A stretch of DNA of 17,622 nucleotides. Source: a bacterium. Lineage in GTDB: Bacteria > Zhuqueibacterota > Zhuqueibacteria > Oceanimicrobiales > Oceanimicrobiaceae. The notes under the pieces are model-generated. The model saw nothing but the letters and a program-made list of their open reading frames with translations. It made no database searches and was not told the origin of the DNA. Positions 1 through 10,155 of the stretch are shown in pieces (the first letter of the stretch is position 1; the number at the start of each line of letters is the position of its first letter). The stretch is from the NCBI GenBank assembly GCA_037446635.1, contig JBBIIG010000081.1, positions 1-17,622 of the forward strand. The letters run 5' to 3'. The position numbers and the translations under genes are program-made.

Positions 1-2
1 TC

Positions 3-1628
<1,626 letters not shown>

Positions 1629-1650
1629 TAGGAATATCAAAGTAAATAGT

Positions 1651-1866
1651 ATGCCAAATTCAAAAGAAAAGAAACATCAAGTCTTGTATGGTTTTGAACA
1701 CGAAACCATGGAAGCAAAAATTGAGAGTTTTCTTCAATTGACGCCCGCACAACGCTATCTGCAGATGGCCGAATTCTCTCAATTTCTCAGAAAACTCAAA
1801 CGCCCAGAAGTGAGCCTGGATGACTATAAGTCATTTGGACGTGTACAGATCCTTAAACAATCATAA
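1651..1866 (+). CDS. Small (71 aa) hypothetical protein, putative antitoxin partner of the downstream nucleotidyltransferase
   Basis: ATG at 1651 lies 22 nt after the acnA stop. MPNSKEKK...RVQILKQS looks helical and overlaps the downstream NTase ORF by 47 nt. Confidence 0.6.
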   Translation: MPNSKEKKHQVLYGFEHETMEAKIESFLQLTPAQRYLQMAEFSQFLRKLKRPEVSLDDYKSFGRVQILKQS

Positions 1867-2275
1867 CGTCCGTTATCTGGTCGTTGGTGGATTGGCAGTC
1901 AACGTTTACGGCGTACCACGCTCAACAAAAGATATGGACCTGTTCATCGATCATAAAATGCAAAACTGCCGCCGTCTGCTTAAGGCGTTCAAATCGATTC
2001 AACTTGGAACTGCGTATCTCACAACCGCTCAAAAAATATTCGATAACGAGGTAACCATCTTCGATGATGTGATTCGAATAGACGTCCTCACGCGAGTCAC
2101 CGGTTTGGAATTTGATTCTGCGTGGAGAACACAGAACGAATTGAAAATAGAAAACGTCTCTATTCCTTTTGTATCATTCGACCACTTGATCCAATCCAAG
2201 AAAGCTGCCGGTCGGAAACAGGATTTGGAGGATGTTGAGTTCTTGACTAGAATCAAAAATCAAAACTTACAGTAG
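1820..2275 (+). CDS. Pol-beta-superfamily nucleotidyltransferase (AbiEii/MenT-like), putative toxin
   Basis: Motifs VVGGLAVNVYG-VPRSTKDMDL (GG..A / R.T.D.D), RIDV, and C-terminal LIQSKKAAGRKQDLED. Confidence 0.8.
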   Translation: MTISHLDVYRSLNNHNVRYLVVGGLAVNVYGVPRSTKDMDLFIDHKMQNCRRLLKAFKSIQLGTAYLTTAQKIFDNEVTIFDDVIRIDVLTRVTGLEFDSAWRTQNELKIENVSIPFVSFDHLIQSKKAAGRKQDLEDVEFLTRIKNQNLQ

Positions 2276-2304
2276 TCTTATTTTGTCTGGAGAGGAAGGA
2301 AGCA

Positions 2305-2673
2305 TTGGATCGACTCTTCTTTGCCGCCGGCGCCGTCGCTGGATTTCTCGCCGTGGCGCTCGGCGCGTTTGGCGCCCACGCCTTGAAAACCCGTTTGTCA
2401 CCGGAAATGCTCAACACTTTTGAAGTCGGCGTGCGCTATCATTTTTACCACGCGCTGGCGCTGCTGGCCGCGGCCTGGGCGTGTACGCGCTGGCCGGGAT
2501 CATTAACGGTCGCCAGCGGTTGGTTGTTCATCGCTGGCATTGTGATTTTCTCTGGCAGTTTGTATCTGCTCACCTTCAGCGGACTACGCTGGTTTGGCGC
2601 CATCACGCCTATTGGTGGATTGGCGTTTCTGGCCGGCTGGCTCTGCCTGCTGTTCGCGGCGCTAAAAAATTGA
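2305..2673 (+). CDS. DUF423 (YgdD/TMEM256-like) small membrane protein
   Basis: Motifs VALGAFGAHAL, RYHFYHALAL, GIVIFSGSLY and GAITPIGG. Four hydrophobic segments. TTG start after AGGAAGGA. Confidence 0.9.
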   Translation: MDRLFFAAGAVAGFLAVALGAFGAHALKTRLSPEMLNTFEVGVRYHFYHALALLAAAWACTRWPGSLTVASGWLFIAGIVIFSGSLYLLTFSGLRWFGAITPIGGLAFLAGWLCLLFAALKN

Positions 2674-2677
2674 GTCG

Positions 2678-3436
2678 GTGGTCTTGCCAAACTTAGCCAC
2701 AACCATCGACGAGGTCAGCGCGCAGCTTGACGAGATTATTGAGGACGCGGTGCAGCAAAACAGCCGGCTGGGTTTTTTTGCGGTACTTTATCGCGCCGTC
2801 ACATTAAAAGTGAAAGACGGCATTGCTGCCGGACGATTCGAGGACGGCAAAAGAATGGAGCGCCTCGATGTCATTTTCGCCAATCGCTACCTTGAAGCTT
2901 ATGAACAATATCGCAGCGACGCCACGCCCACCAAAAGTTGGCTCGAGGCCTTCGCCGCCGCACAGCGCTGGCGGCCGCTGATTTTGCAGCATCTGCTGTT
3001 GGGCATCAACGCGCACATCAATCTCGATCTCGGAATCGCGGCGGCGCAAACCAGTCCGGGCGATCAGTTGCCAGCGCTGAAACGCGACTTCGATGAAATC
3101 AACAACATCCTCGGCGAGCTGCTGGATCTCGTTCAGCAAAAAATTGGCTCGCTTTCTCCGATCCTGGGTTTGCTCGACAAAGTTGGCGGCCGCAGCGACG
3201 AGGCCATCTTCTCGTTTAGCATGGAAATCGCCCGCGACGGCGCCTGGCGCTTCGCAGAAAAATTTGCAGCACTCAATCCGGAGGAATATTCCAAAGAGAT
3301 CGCCGAACGCGACGAGAAAATCGTCAGGCTGGCTCGGCGAATTATCAATCCAGGTTGGCTGGTGCAAGTAGCAGCATTTGTGATTCGAGTTTTCGAAAGC
3401 GGTAACGTTGCCAAAATTATTCGCACACTTTCGTAA
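2678..3436 (+). CDS. Conserved hypothetical protein, DUF5995-like
   Basis: 252-aa ORF 4 nt after the previous stop. Segments GFFAVLYRAVT, MERLDVIFANRY and LLLGINAHINLDL resemble DUF5995. Start could be GTG 2678 or TTG 2684. Confidence 0.65.
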   Translation: MVLPNLATTIDEVSAQLDEIIEDAVQQNSRLGFFAVLYRAVTLKVKDGIAAGRFEDGKRMERLDVIFANRYLEAYEQYRSDATPTKSWLEAFAAAQRWRPLILQHLLLGINAHINLDLGIAAAQTSPGDQLPALKRDFDEINNILGELLDLVQQKIGSLSPILGLLDKVGGRSDEAIFSFSMEIARDGAWRFAEKFAALNPEEYSKEIAERDEKIVRLARRIINPGWLVQVAAFVIRVFESGNVAKIIRTLS

Positions 3437-3441
3437 AAATA

Positions 3442-3505
3442 GGACGCAGATAACGCGGATTTACAGGATTAAAATCATCAGCGAGAATCTGCGTCATCAG
3501 CGTCC
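3442..3505. repeat. Intergenic imperfect inverted-repeat element built of 9-mers (REP-like hairpin)
   Basis: Left arm GACGCAGAT-AACGCGGAT-TTACAGGAT (3443-3469). Right arm reverse complement GACGCTGAT-GACGCAGAT-T-CTCGCTGAT (3504-3477). Confidence 0.85.
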
Positions 3506-3522
3506 CAGCCTTAGAGGAGACA

Positions 3523-3972
3523 ATGTCCGAAAATAGCTGCATAGTCAAAATAAAAAAACTTCATCCGGATGCCGTTGTTCCGCAATATGCTCACGAAGGC
3601 GACTCCGGCGCCGATCTCTTTTCCACCATCGATTACGTGCTGCAGCCGATGGAACGCAAAGCCATCCCCACGGGGCTCGCCGCGGAAATTCCCAAAGGCT
3701 TCGAGCTGCAGGTGCGGCCGAAAAGCGGGCTGGCGCTGAAAAACGGCATTACGGTTTTGAACACGCCGGGCACCATCGACTTCGGCTATCGCGGCGAGAT
3801 TCACGCGATTTTGATCAACCTCGGTGCGGAACCGTATTCAATTAAAGTCGGTCAGAAAGTCGCGCAACTGGTGGCCGCGCCGGTGGCGTACGCGCAATTT
3901 GAAGTGGTGGATGAACTTTCGGAAACCAGCCGCGGCGAGGGCGGGTTTGGCTCGACGGGGTTGGGGAAGTAA
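3523..3972 (+). CDS. dut: dUTP diphosphatase (trimeric dUTPase)
   Basis: Motifs DSGADL, RPKSGLA, GTIDFGYRGEI, KVAQLV and RGEGGFGSTG. RBS GAGGAG just upstream of the ATG. Confidence 0.96.
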   Translation: MSENSCIVKIKKLHPDAVVPQYAHEGDSGADLFSTIDYVLQPMERKAIPTGLAAEIPKGFELQVRPKSGLALKNGITVLNTPGTIDFGYRGEIHAILINLGAEPYSIKVGQKVAQLVAAPVAYAQFEVVDELSETSRGEGGFGSTGLGK

Positions 3973-4062
3973 CGCAATAAAACAAAGAACGGCAAAACTC
4001 TCCTTTACTTTTCTTTGGTTATTGAATAAATTGCATTGAACATGTTTCTTGAGCGATTTGCA

Positions 4063-5190
4063 ATGAGAACTCAGATAAACATAAAACCAGATGTCATAAC
4101 CTGGGCAATTACCAGAGCGGGATATAATTTGCCAGAGTTCGCCGCTAAGTTCCCTCAAGTCCTTGATTGGTTAGAAGAGAAGAAAAAACCAACGGTAAAA
4201 CAATTACAAACCTTTTCCAAAAAGGTGCATGTACCATTTGGCTATCTTTTTATGCCGGATCCACCAGTAGAAAAATTGCCAATCCCGTTTTTTCGAACCA
4301 ATAAATCCCCGGCAACCCGCGTAAGCCTGAATGTTTATGACACCATCTTGCTAATGCAACAAAGGCAGGATTGGCTTAGAGAATACTTGAAAGATAATGA
4401 ATTTCAGCCTCTCTCTTTTGTTGGCCGGTTTCGCAACCAGCAAAACTACAAAGAAATAGTCGCAGATATCAGACAAACGCTTGGACTTCATATTGAATGG
4501 GCGAGAGCTCATCAAACTTGGCAGGCTGCTCTCGATCATCTCACAAAAAAAGTTGAAGACGTTGGGATTATTATAGTTTTCAATGGCGTAGTTGAAAACA
4601 ATACAAGTCGCCGTCTCAAAGTGGAGGAGTGCCGTGGCTTTGTTTTGGTTGATGAAATGGCCCCATTTATGTTCATCAACAATTCTGACGCGAAAGCCGC
4701 TCAATTATTCACCATTGTTCACGAATTAGCCCATGTTTGGACAGGACGAAGTGCCGGATTCGATTTCAGACAATTGCTCCCCGCTAGCGATCCCATCGAA
4801 TTGCTTTGCGATCAAGTCGCGGCGGAATTTCTGGTGCCGGAGGATTCTTTCAATCGTGTGTGGAGTGGACAACCTAACATTCAAAGTGCCGCGCGACATT
4901 TTAAAGTGAGCGAAATAGTTATTGCACGAAGAGCGCTTGACTTGGGTAAACTAACCAAAAAGGAATTCTTTGAATTCTATGAGGAATATTCTAATCGGGA
5001 ACTAAGGAAAAAAGAAAATCAAGAGAGTGGTGGCGACTTTTATGCCACTACAAAAAAGAGATTGAGTTTAAACTTTGCTGCTCATGTGAATCAAGCCGTG
5101 AAAGCCGGGAAACTTTTGTATCGCGATGCTTATAAGCTGACGGGTTTGAAAGGACAAACCTATCAAACATTTTTCACTAAATTCTTTTAA
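4063..5190 (+). CDS. XRE-type HTH fused to ImmA/IrrE family Zn-metallopeptidase (COG2856-like)
   Basis: N-terminal HTH-like region (WAITRAG...WLEEKKKPTVKQLQTFSKKVHVPFGYLF), then CRGFVL, FINNSD, QLFTIVHELAH (HExxH), E..CDQVAAEFLVP and FKVS. ATG 4063 preferred over TTG 4036 or ATG 4042. Confidence 0.9.
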   Translation: MRTQINIKPDVITWAITRAGYNLPEFAAKFPQVLDWLEEKKKPTVKQLQTFSKKVHVPFGYLFMPDPPVEKLPIPFFRTNKSPATRVSLNVYDTILLMQQRQDWLREYLKDNEFQPLSFVGRFRNQQNYKEIVADIRQTLGLHIEWARAHQTWQAALDHLTKKVEDVGIIIVFNGVVENNTSRRLKVEECRGFVLVDEMAPFMFINNSDAKAAQLFTIVHELAHVWTGRSAGFDFRQLLPASDPIELLCDQVAAEFLVPEDSFNRVWSGQPNIQSAARHFKVSEIVIARRALDLGKLTKKEFFEFYEEYSNRELRKKENQESGGDFYATTKKRLSLNFAAHVNQAVKAGKLLYRDAYKLTGLKGQTYQTFFTKFF

Positions 5191-5193
5191 TGA

Positions 5194-5694
5194 ATGAGCA
5201 TTTATGTCGTTGATAGCAACTTCTTCATTCAAGCCCATCGAGTAAGTTACCCATTAGATGTAGCCGTAAGTTTTTGGAACAAGGTAAAACACCTCGCCGC
5301 CAATGAGAAAATCATCAGCATCGATAAAGTGAAAAATGAAATTTTCAAAAATGAGGATGACTTAAAAACCTGGTGTGAGGACAATTTACCCGAGATTTTC
5401 TTTAAAGACACAACAGCGGTTGTCACTGAATATGCTCAAGTCGCAAATTGGGCTGCATCACGAAGCAGTCATTATCTGCCCAAGGCGCTGGCCGAGTTTC
5501 TGGACGCGGATGAAGCCGATGCCTGGCTTGTTGCTTATGCGCTGGCCGATCCCGGCGACAGAATAATCGTGACTCAGGAATTAAGCGCACCCCAAGGACG
5601 AAACAAAATCAAAATTCCCGACGCTTGTACGGCAAACAATGTTCGGTTTGTAAACACTATTGAAATGCTCCGTCAACTTGGTGAGAAATTTTAA
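5194..5694 (+). CDS. DUF4411 family PIN-like protein, putative RNase toxin
   Basis: PIN-type YVVDSNFFI, V..EI, EADAWLVAYA, IVTQE and KIKIPDAC. Starts 3 nt after the peptidase stop. Confidence 0.85.
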   Translation: MSIYVVDSNFFIQAHRVSYPLDVAVSFWNKVKHLAANEKIISIDKVKNEIFKNEDDLKTWCEDNLPEIFFKDTTAVVTEYAQVANWAASRSSHYLPKALAEFLDADEADAWLVAYALADPGDRIIVTQELSAPQGRNKIKIPDACTANNVRFVNTIEMLRQLGEKF

Positions 5695-5733
5695 CAACGA
5701 GCTCCAATATAAACCTCTTTCACTTTGTAGCCT

Positions 5734-6213
5734 TTGAAAACGTTGCTGAAACAATTATTCTCCTGCATCCTTCCCATCACTGTCCTCATCCTCGTGCCCC
5801 TGTACATCGAAAATAATTTTGATTTATCACTAAATGTCCTTACCATCATTGGACTGCTGTTGGGTTTGGCAGGGTTAAGCATTTTGTTGATGACCATCCG
5901 CATGTTCATCCGCATTGGCCAGGGCACGCTGGCGCCGTGGAGTCCGCCCAAAAAATTAGTAACCAGCGGCATGTATGCCCACGTCCGCAACCCCATGATC
6001 ACCGGCGTATTGACCGTTCTGCTGGGAGAGTCGCTGCTCTTTCATTCGAAAAATATCTTCATCTGGTTCGTCTCATTTTTTTTCATCAACTATATTTACT
6101 TCATCCTGTTCGAGGAACCGAGTTTGGAAAGAAGATTTGGCGAGGAATACCTCGAATATAAAAGTAATGTGCCGCGTTGGATTCCTAGATCAAAACCGTG
6201 GCGAGCGACTTAG
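5734..6213 (+). CDS. Isoprenylcysteine carboxyl methyltransferase / PEMT-family membrane methyltransferase
   Basis: Hydrophobic helices plus GQGTLAPWSPPKKLVTSGMYAHVRNPM, EEPSLERRFGEEYLEY and VPRWIPR. Confidence 0.88.
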   Translation: MKTLLKQLFSCILPITVLILVPLYIENNFDLSLNVLTIIGLLLGLAGLSILLMTIRMFIRIGQGTLAPWSPPKKLVTSGMYAHVRNPMITGVLTVLLGESLLFHSKNIFIWFVSFFFINYIYFILFEEPSLERRFGEEYLEYKSNVPRWIPRSKPWRAT

Positions 6214-6258
6214 CATAAAACAGACTATTTTCGAACTCAAAAAGAAGGGGACCCCACT

Positions 6259-6771
6259 ATGCTCACCCATAACTTCAAGTCCATTGAGCACACTGATCCG
6301 ATGCTTCTCATTCGCGGCCAATGGGTGATGCTCGACGCCGACCTCGCGGGCGCTTATGACGTCTCGACCCGGAGCTTAAAAGCACAGGTGCACCGCCACC
6401 GCGATCGCTTTCCGGAAGATTTCATGTTCGAGCTTACCGCTGAGGAGAAAGCCCAGGTGGCCGCTATTTGCGATCACCTCCGCCATCTCAAATACAGCCG
6501 GCGCCCAACCTTCGCGTTCACCCTGCCCGGGCGGTTCATGCTTGCTACCATTCTCGGTAGTAAGAGCGCCGTGGAAATGAGCTTGGACATCATCCGCGCC
6601 CTCGTTAATCTGCACAAAGTGGAAGCCAACTATGCCGAACTGGCGGCGAGATTGTCTGAAATGGAGTTGAAATACGATCAAAAATATCAGGCCGCATTCG
6701 AAATCATTCGGCGGCTGCAGGCTTATGTCGATAATCCGCAGAAGCCCTCGGGCAGCCAGTGGATGAACTGA
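6259..6771 (+). CDS. ORF6N-domain DNA-binding protein
   Basis: IRGQWVMLDADLA..YDV.T..L...V.R..DRFPEDFMFELT.EE signature, followed by a coiled-coil-like C-terminus. Confidence 0.85.
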   Translation: MLTHNFKSIEHTDPMLLIRGQWVMLDADLAGAYDVSTRSLKAQVHRHRDRFPEDFMFELTAEEKAQVAAICDHLRHLKYSRRPTFAFTLPGRFMLATILGSKSAVEMSLDIIRALVNLHKVEANYAELAARLSEMELKYDQKYQAAFEIIRRLQAYVDNPQKPSGSQWMN

Positions 6772-6804
6772 GAACGGGTAATAATTTTGTGATTCATTTT
6801 TAAG

Positions 6805-7827
6805 ATGAGCCGAGCCAATCTCAAAGGACTCGATTTATTAGAACTGCAAGCGTTCGTCGAAACGTTAGGCGAGAGCCAGTTTCGCGCCCAGCAGATTTTT
6901 CGCTGGCTCTACGGCCGCGGCGTGTCGTCCTTCGATGAGATGACCAACCTCTCGAAAGAACTTCGCATTCGTCTGAATGAGAAGGCGCGAATTACAAGCT
7001 TGCGCTGCCTCACGCAGCGGAAATCGCAAAAAGATCAATCCACGAAATTTCTGTTTGAATTGGAAGACGGCCGCAAGATCGAGTCGGTGTTAATGAGCGA
7101 AGACGGCCGCCAGACGCTGTGCGTTTCCACGCAAGTGGGCTGCGCCATCGACTGCAAATTCTGCGCGACCGGCATGATGGGGTTGCAGCGCAATCTCGCC
7201 GCCGGCGAAATCATCGATCAACTCCTGAGGGCGCAGGCTTTGAGTGGGGCCGCCGTCAGCAACGTGGTGTGCATGGGAATGGGTGAGCCGTTTCACAATT
7301 ATGAGAACGTCATCAAAGCGTGCCAAGTGATGAGCCACGAGCTCGGCCCCAACTTGGCCAAAAAGCACATCGTGATTTCCACCAGCGGGCTCGTTCCCAA
7401 AATTATCCGTTTCGCAGATGAAGGACAAAAATTCCGGCTGGCGATTTCCCTCAACGCCACCACCGACGCCGTGCGCTCACGGCTCATGCCGCTCAACAAA
7501 AAGTGGCCCATCCAAGAGCTGCTGCGCGCCGCGAAATATTACACGGAAAAATCCGAGCAGATGGTGACGTTCGAATACGTGCTGCTGGAGGGCGTCAACG
7601 ATTCGGTGGAGGACGCTGAGCGCTTGAAAAAATTAGCGCAGGGAATTTTTTGCAAAATAAATTTGATCCCCTACAATTCGACGGAGGGTGAATTTCGCCG
7701 GCCGCCGCACGCTCGCATCTTGCGTTTTTACGAACGCCTGGCGTCGCTGCGGGCGCCGGTGACCATTCGCTGGAGCAAGGGGGATGATATCGAAGCCGGC
7801 TGCGGGCAATTGGCGATTAAGAGCTAA
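6805..7827 (+). CDS. rlmN: 23S rRNA/tRNA adenine C2-methyltransferase RlmN (radical SAM)
   Basis: CVSTQVGCAIDCKFCATG (CxxxCxxC), IESV, MGMGEP, STSG, FEYVLL, NLIPYN and C-terminal DIEAGCGQL with the methyl-carrier Cys. Confidence 0.95.
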   Translation: MSRANLKGLDLLELQAFVETLGESQFRAQQIFRWLYGRGVSSFDEMTNLSKELRIRLNEKARITSLRCLTQRKSQKDQSTKFLFELEDGRKIESVLMSEDGRQTLCVSTQVGCAIDCKFCATGMMGLQRNLAAGEIIDQLLRAQALSGAAVSNVVCMGMGEPFHNYENVIKACQVMSHELGPNLAKKHIVISTSGLVPKIIRFADEGQKFRLAISLNATTDAVRSRLMPLNKKWPIQELLRAAKYYTEKSEQMVTFEYVLLEGVNDSVEDAERLKKLAQGIFCKINLIPYNSTEGEFRRPPHARILRFYERLASLRAPVTIRWSKGDDIEAGCGQLAIKS

Positions 7828-7840
7828 AGATCGATTTCCG

Positions 7841-8872
7841 CTATCGCGCTTGCGCAATCACCCCGTTGTGCGCTTTGATATACCCGCAGCGCAAAATTTT
7901 AAAGCCGTTCTCGTGGGCAAACAATCCGAGCTGGCGGGCGTCCATCAGCTCGCGGTAGCCGTAGTTCATAAGCTCGCCCATCACCAGGTAAAACATTTTG
8001 GAGCGCAGTTGCCGGCGCGGCGTGGTCATGATGGCGTAGCCGCCGGGCTTGAGAAAGCGGCGGTGGAAGTCGAACACCAGCGGCTTGTGCTGTGCCGGAA
8101 AATGCTCGATAAGCCCAACGCTGAGCACGATGTCGAACTCCGCGCCGTATTTCAAATCGCGGATGTCGCACACTTCAAAATCCATCGCGAAATCCTCTTT
8201 GTGATAGACGCGCCAGTGGCCGGTGGCGGGGTCTTTGCCGAGAAAGGGATAGGCTTCGGGAAAATGGCCGTAGCGATCGCTGCGGCAGAAGTCATCGTAA
8301 TCCACCAGCACGGCGTGACCGCCGGGATACATCGCCAAAAGCTGCATCGCCTCGTAGCCCTCGGCCGCGCCCAAAAATAGAATCTCGGGTTTGCGAACGT
8401 TCAATCCCTCAAATAGAGCTCGTTTGCCGCGCGGATCCCACACCGCGTCTTCGACTCGGTGCACGTAGTTCCAGACTCGCAGCCGCAGCAGGTCCTTGAG
8501 AGTATCGTTAGCCGCGGGCAAATTCAAATGTCCCACGTGCTCGAAAAACTTCCGCCGCGTCTCCGTTTTTTTCTCATCATCGGACATGAACAGCGCGTGA
8601 AAATTGCGATTGAAATGCTGCCACTGAATCGGCACCGGCATCTCCTCGCCGTGTTCTTGCTCCCAGGCTGTTTTTCGTTTTGAATAATTCTCCACGAGAT
8701 ACGGCTTGCCCAACTCCTTCCAGGTTAATCGCGACCAATCGGTGGCGGTTGCATCCACAAAAATATCGGGCGGGCCGGTGCGCAGGTCGGCGCGATACGT
8801 GGGCAACAGCGCCGTGGTTTCGAGTTCGAATTCAGAATCGATTTCAGTTGGGACGGTTGTCGTCGTGGGCAT
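7841..8872 (-). CDS. Class I SAM-dependent methyltransferase with uncharacterised N-terminal region
   Basis: Motif I-like ILFLGAAEG, VLVDYD, FDIVLSVGLIEHF and FLKPGG. ATG 8872 follows RBS GGAGG. Confidence 0.8.
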   Translation of the reverse strand: MPTTTTVPTEIDSEFELETTALLPTYRADLRTGPPDIFVDATATDWSRLTWKELGKPYLVENYSKRKTAWEQEHGEEMPVPIQWQHFNRNFHALFMSDDEKKTETRRKFFEHVGHLNLPAANDTLKDLLRLRVWNYVHRVEDAVWDPRGKRALFEGLNVRKPEILFLGAAEGYEAMQLLAMYPGGHAVLVDYDDFCRSDRYGHFPEAYPFLGKDPATGHWRVYHKEDFAMDFEVCDIRDLKYGAEFDIVLSVGLIEHFPAQHKPLVFDFHRRFLKPGGYAIMTTPRRQLRSKMFYLVMGELMNYGYRELMDARQLGLFAHENGFKILRCGYIKAHNGVIAQAR

Positions 8873-8895
8873 GTACTTTCCTCCGGTTAGAAAGA

Positions 8896-10098
8896 TTATC
8901 TTTCTGCTGCCAAAACTTTTCTGATGCGCTCCAACGCCCAATCCAATTCCGCGCGTGAGATCACCAACGGCGGCGCAAAGCGGATGACGTTGTCATGAGT
9001 TTCTTTGCAAAGCAAACCTTGCTCTTTCAACGCCTCACAGTAGGGCCGGGCTTTTTGATCCAACTCGACGCCGATGAACAAGCCTTTGCCGCGCACTTCG
9101 AGGATGTGCGGATTTTTGATGGTCTGCAATTGGCCGAGAAAATAGTTTCCCAACTCGGCTGAACGTTCCACCAATTTTTCTTCGACGATCACCTCCAGCG
9201 CGGTCAACGCCACGGCGCAGGCCAGCGGATTGCCGCCGAAGGTGCTGCCGTGATCGCCGGGTTTAAACACACCCAGCACTTCTTTGCGCGCCAGCACCGC
9301 CGACACCGGCATGAATCCGCCCGAAAGTGCTTTGCCAATGATGATGGCATCCGGATGAACATCTTCGTAATGAAATGCAAAAAATTTCCCGACGCGGCCG
9401 AGTCCGGTTTGGATTTCGTCCACCATAAAAAGAACTTTGTTGCGTTTGCAAATTTGCTCGACTTTTTTCAGATAACCCGCCGGCGGAATGCGAATGCCAG
9501 CTTCGCCTTGAATGGGTTCCACCAAAAGCGCGCAAGTGTTGGGCGTGATGGCTTTCTCAAAGGCATTGGCGTCGCCAAAGGGGATGATTTTGAAACCGGG
9601 GGTAAATGGTCCGAAACCGTCGCGGTACTGATGCTCGGTGGAAAAGCCCACGATAGTCGTGGTGCGCCCGTGGAAATTGTTTTCGCAGACGACGATCTCC
9701 GCTTGGTCCGCCGGGATGCCTTTCACGGTGTAGCCCCATTTGCGGGCCGCTTTGATGGCGGTCTCCACCGCCTCGGCGCCGGAGTTCATGGGCAGCACCA
9801 TTTCCATGTTGGAAAGCTTCGACAGCTTTTCGCAAAACAGCGGCAACTTGTCGTTGCGGAACGCCCGCGAGGTGAGGGTGACTTTCTCTGCCTGCTCTTT
9901 GAACGTCGCTAAAATTTTGGTATGACAGTGGCCCTGGTTCACCGCCGAGTAGGCGCTCAGGCAATCGAGGTAGCGCTTGCCCTCGACGTCATACACCCAC
10001 ACGCCCTGCGCGCGCGAGATGACGATGTCCAGCGGATGATAATTGTGTGCGCCGTATTGGTCTTCCAGCGCGATGAAATCCTGGGTTGTGCGTAACAA
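8896..10098 (-). CDS. rocD: Ornithine--oxo-acid aminotransferase (class III PLP enzyme)
   Basis: [64 protein letters not shown] (PLP Lys) and [10 protein letters not shown]. Likely TTG start at 10098, 5 nt after GGAGG. Confidence 0.95.
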   Translation of the reverse strand: MLRTTQDFIALEDQYGAHNYHPLDIVISRAQGVWVYDVEGKRYLDCLSAYSAVNQGHCHTKILATFKEQAEKVTLTSRAFRNDKLPLFCEKLSKLSNMEMVLPMNSGAEAVETAIKAARKWGYTVKGIPADQAEIVVCENNFHGRTTTIVGFSTEHQYRDGFGPFTPGFKIIPFGDANAFEKAITPNTCALLVEPIQGEAGIRIPPAGYLKKVEQICKRNKVLFMVDEIQTGLGRVGKFFAFHYEDVHPDAIIIGKALSGGFMPVSAVLARKEVLGVFKPGDHGSTFGGNPLACAVALTALEVIVEEKLVERSAELGNYFLGQLQTIKNPHILEVRGKGLFIGVELDQKARPYCEALKEQGLLCKETHDNVIRFAPPLVISRAELDWALERIRKVLAAER

Positions 10099-10116
10099 GT
10101 TGACCTCCATTTTTGG

Positions 10117-10155
10117 AACCACGAATTACACTAATTACACTAATTGACACGAATT
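10117..10155. repeat. Tandem 9-mer array (half-element of the same repeat family)
   Basis: ACCACGAAT-TACACTAAT-TACACTAAT-T-GACACGAAT, filling most of the gap between the RsbW-like stop codon and the rocD RBS. Confidence 0.85.

Noticed and set aside
3715..3735. dUTPase motif 2 reading PKSG rather than PRSG
   Set aside because: This is a conservative change and all other motifs are intact, so it is not evidence of altered function.
3523..6771. Prophage remnant (dut, XRE-peptidase and ORF6N can all occur in phages)
   Set aside because: There are no integrase, structural or replication genes, dut has host-like composition, and a membrane methyltransferase interrupts the cluster.
8873..8941. Longer N-terminus for the methyltransferase (track start 8941), and likewise 10122 for rocD and 1606 for the small ORF
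   Set aside because: These starts overlap neighbouring genes or the repeat. Downstream starts with a better RBS or better spacing exist (8872, 10098, 1651).
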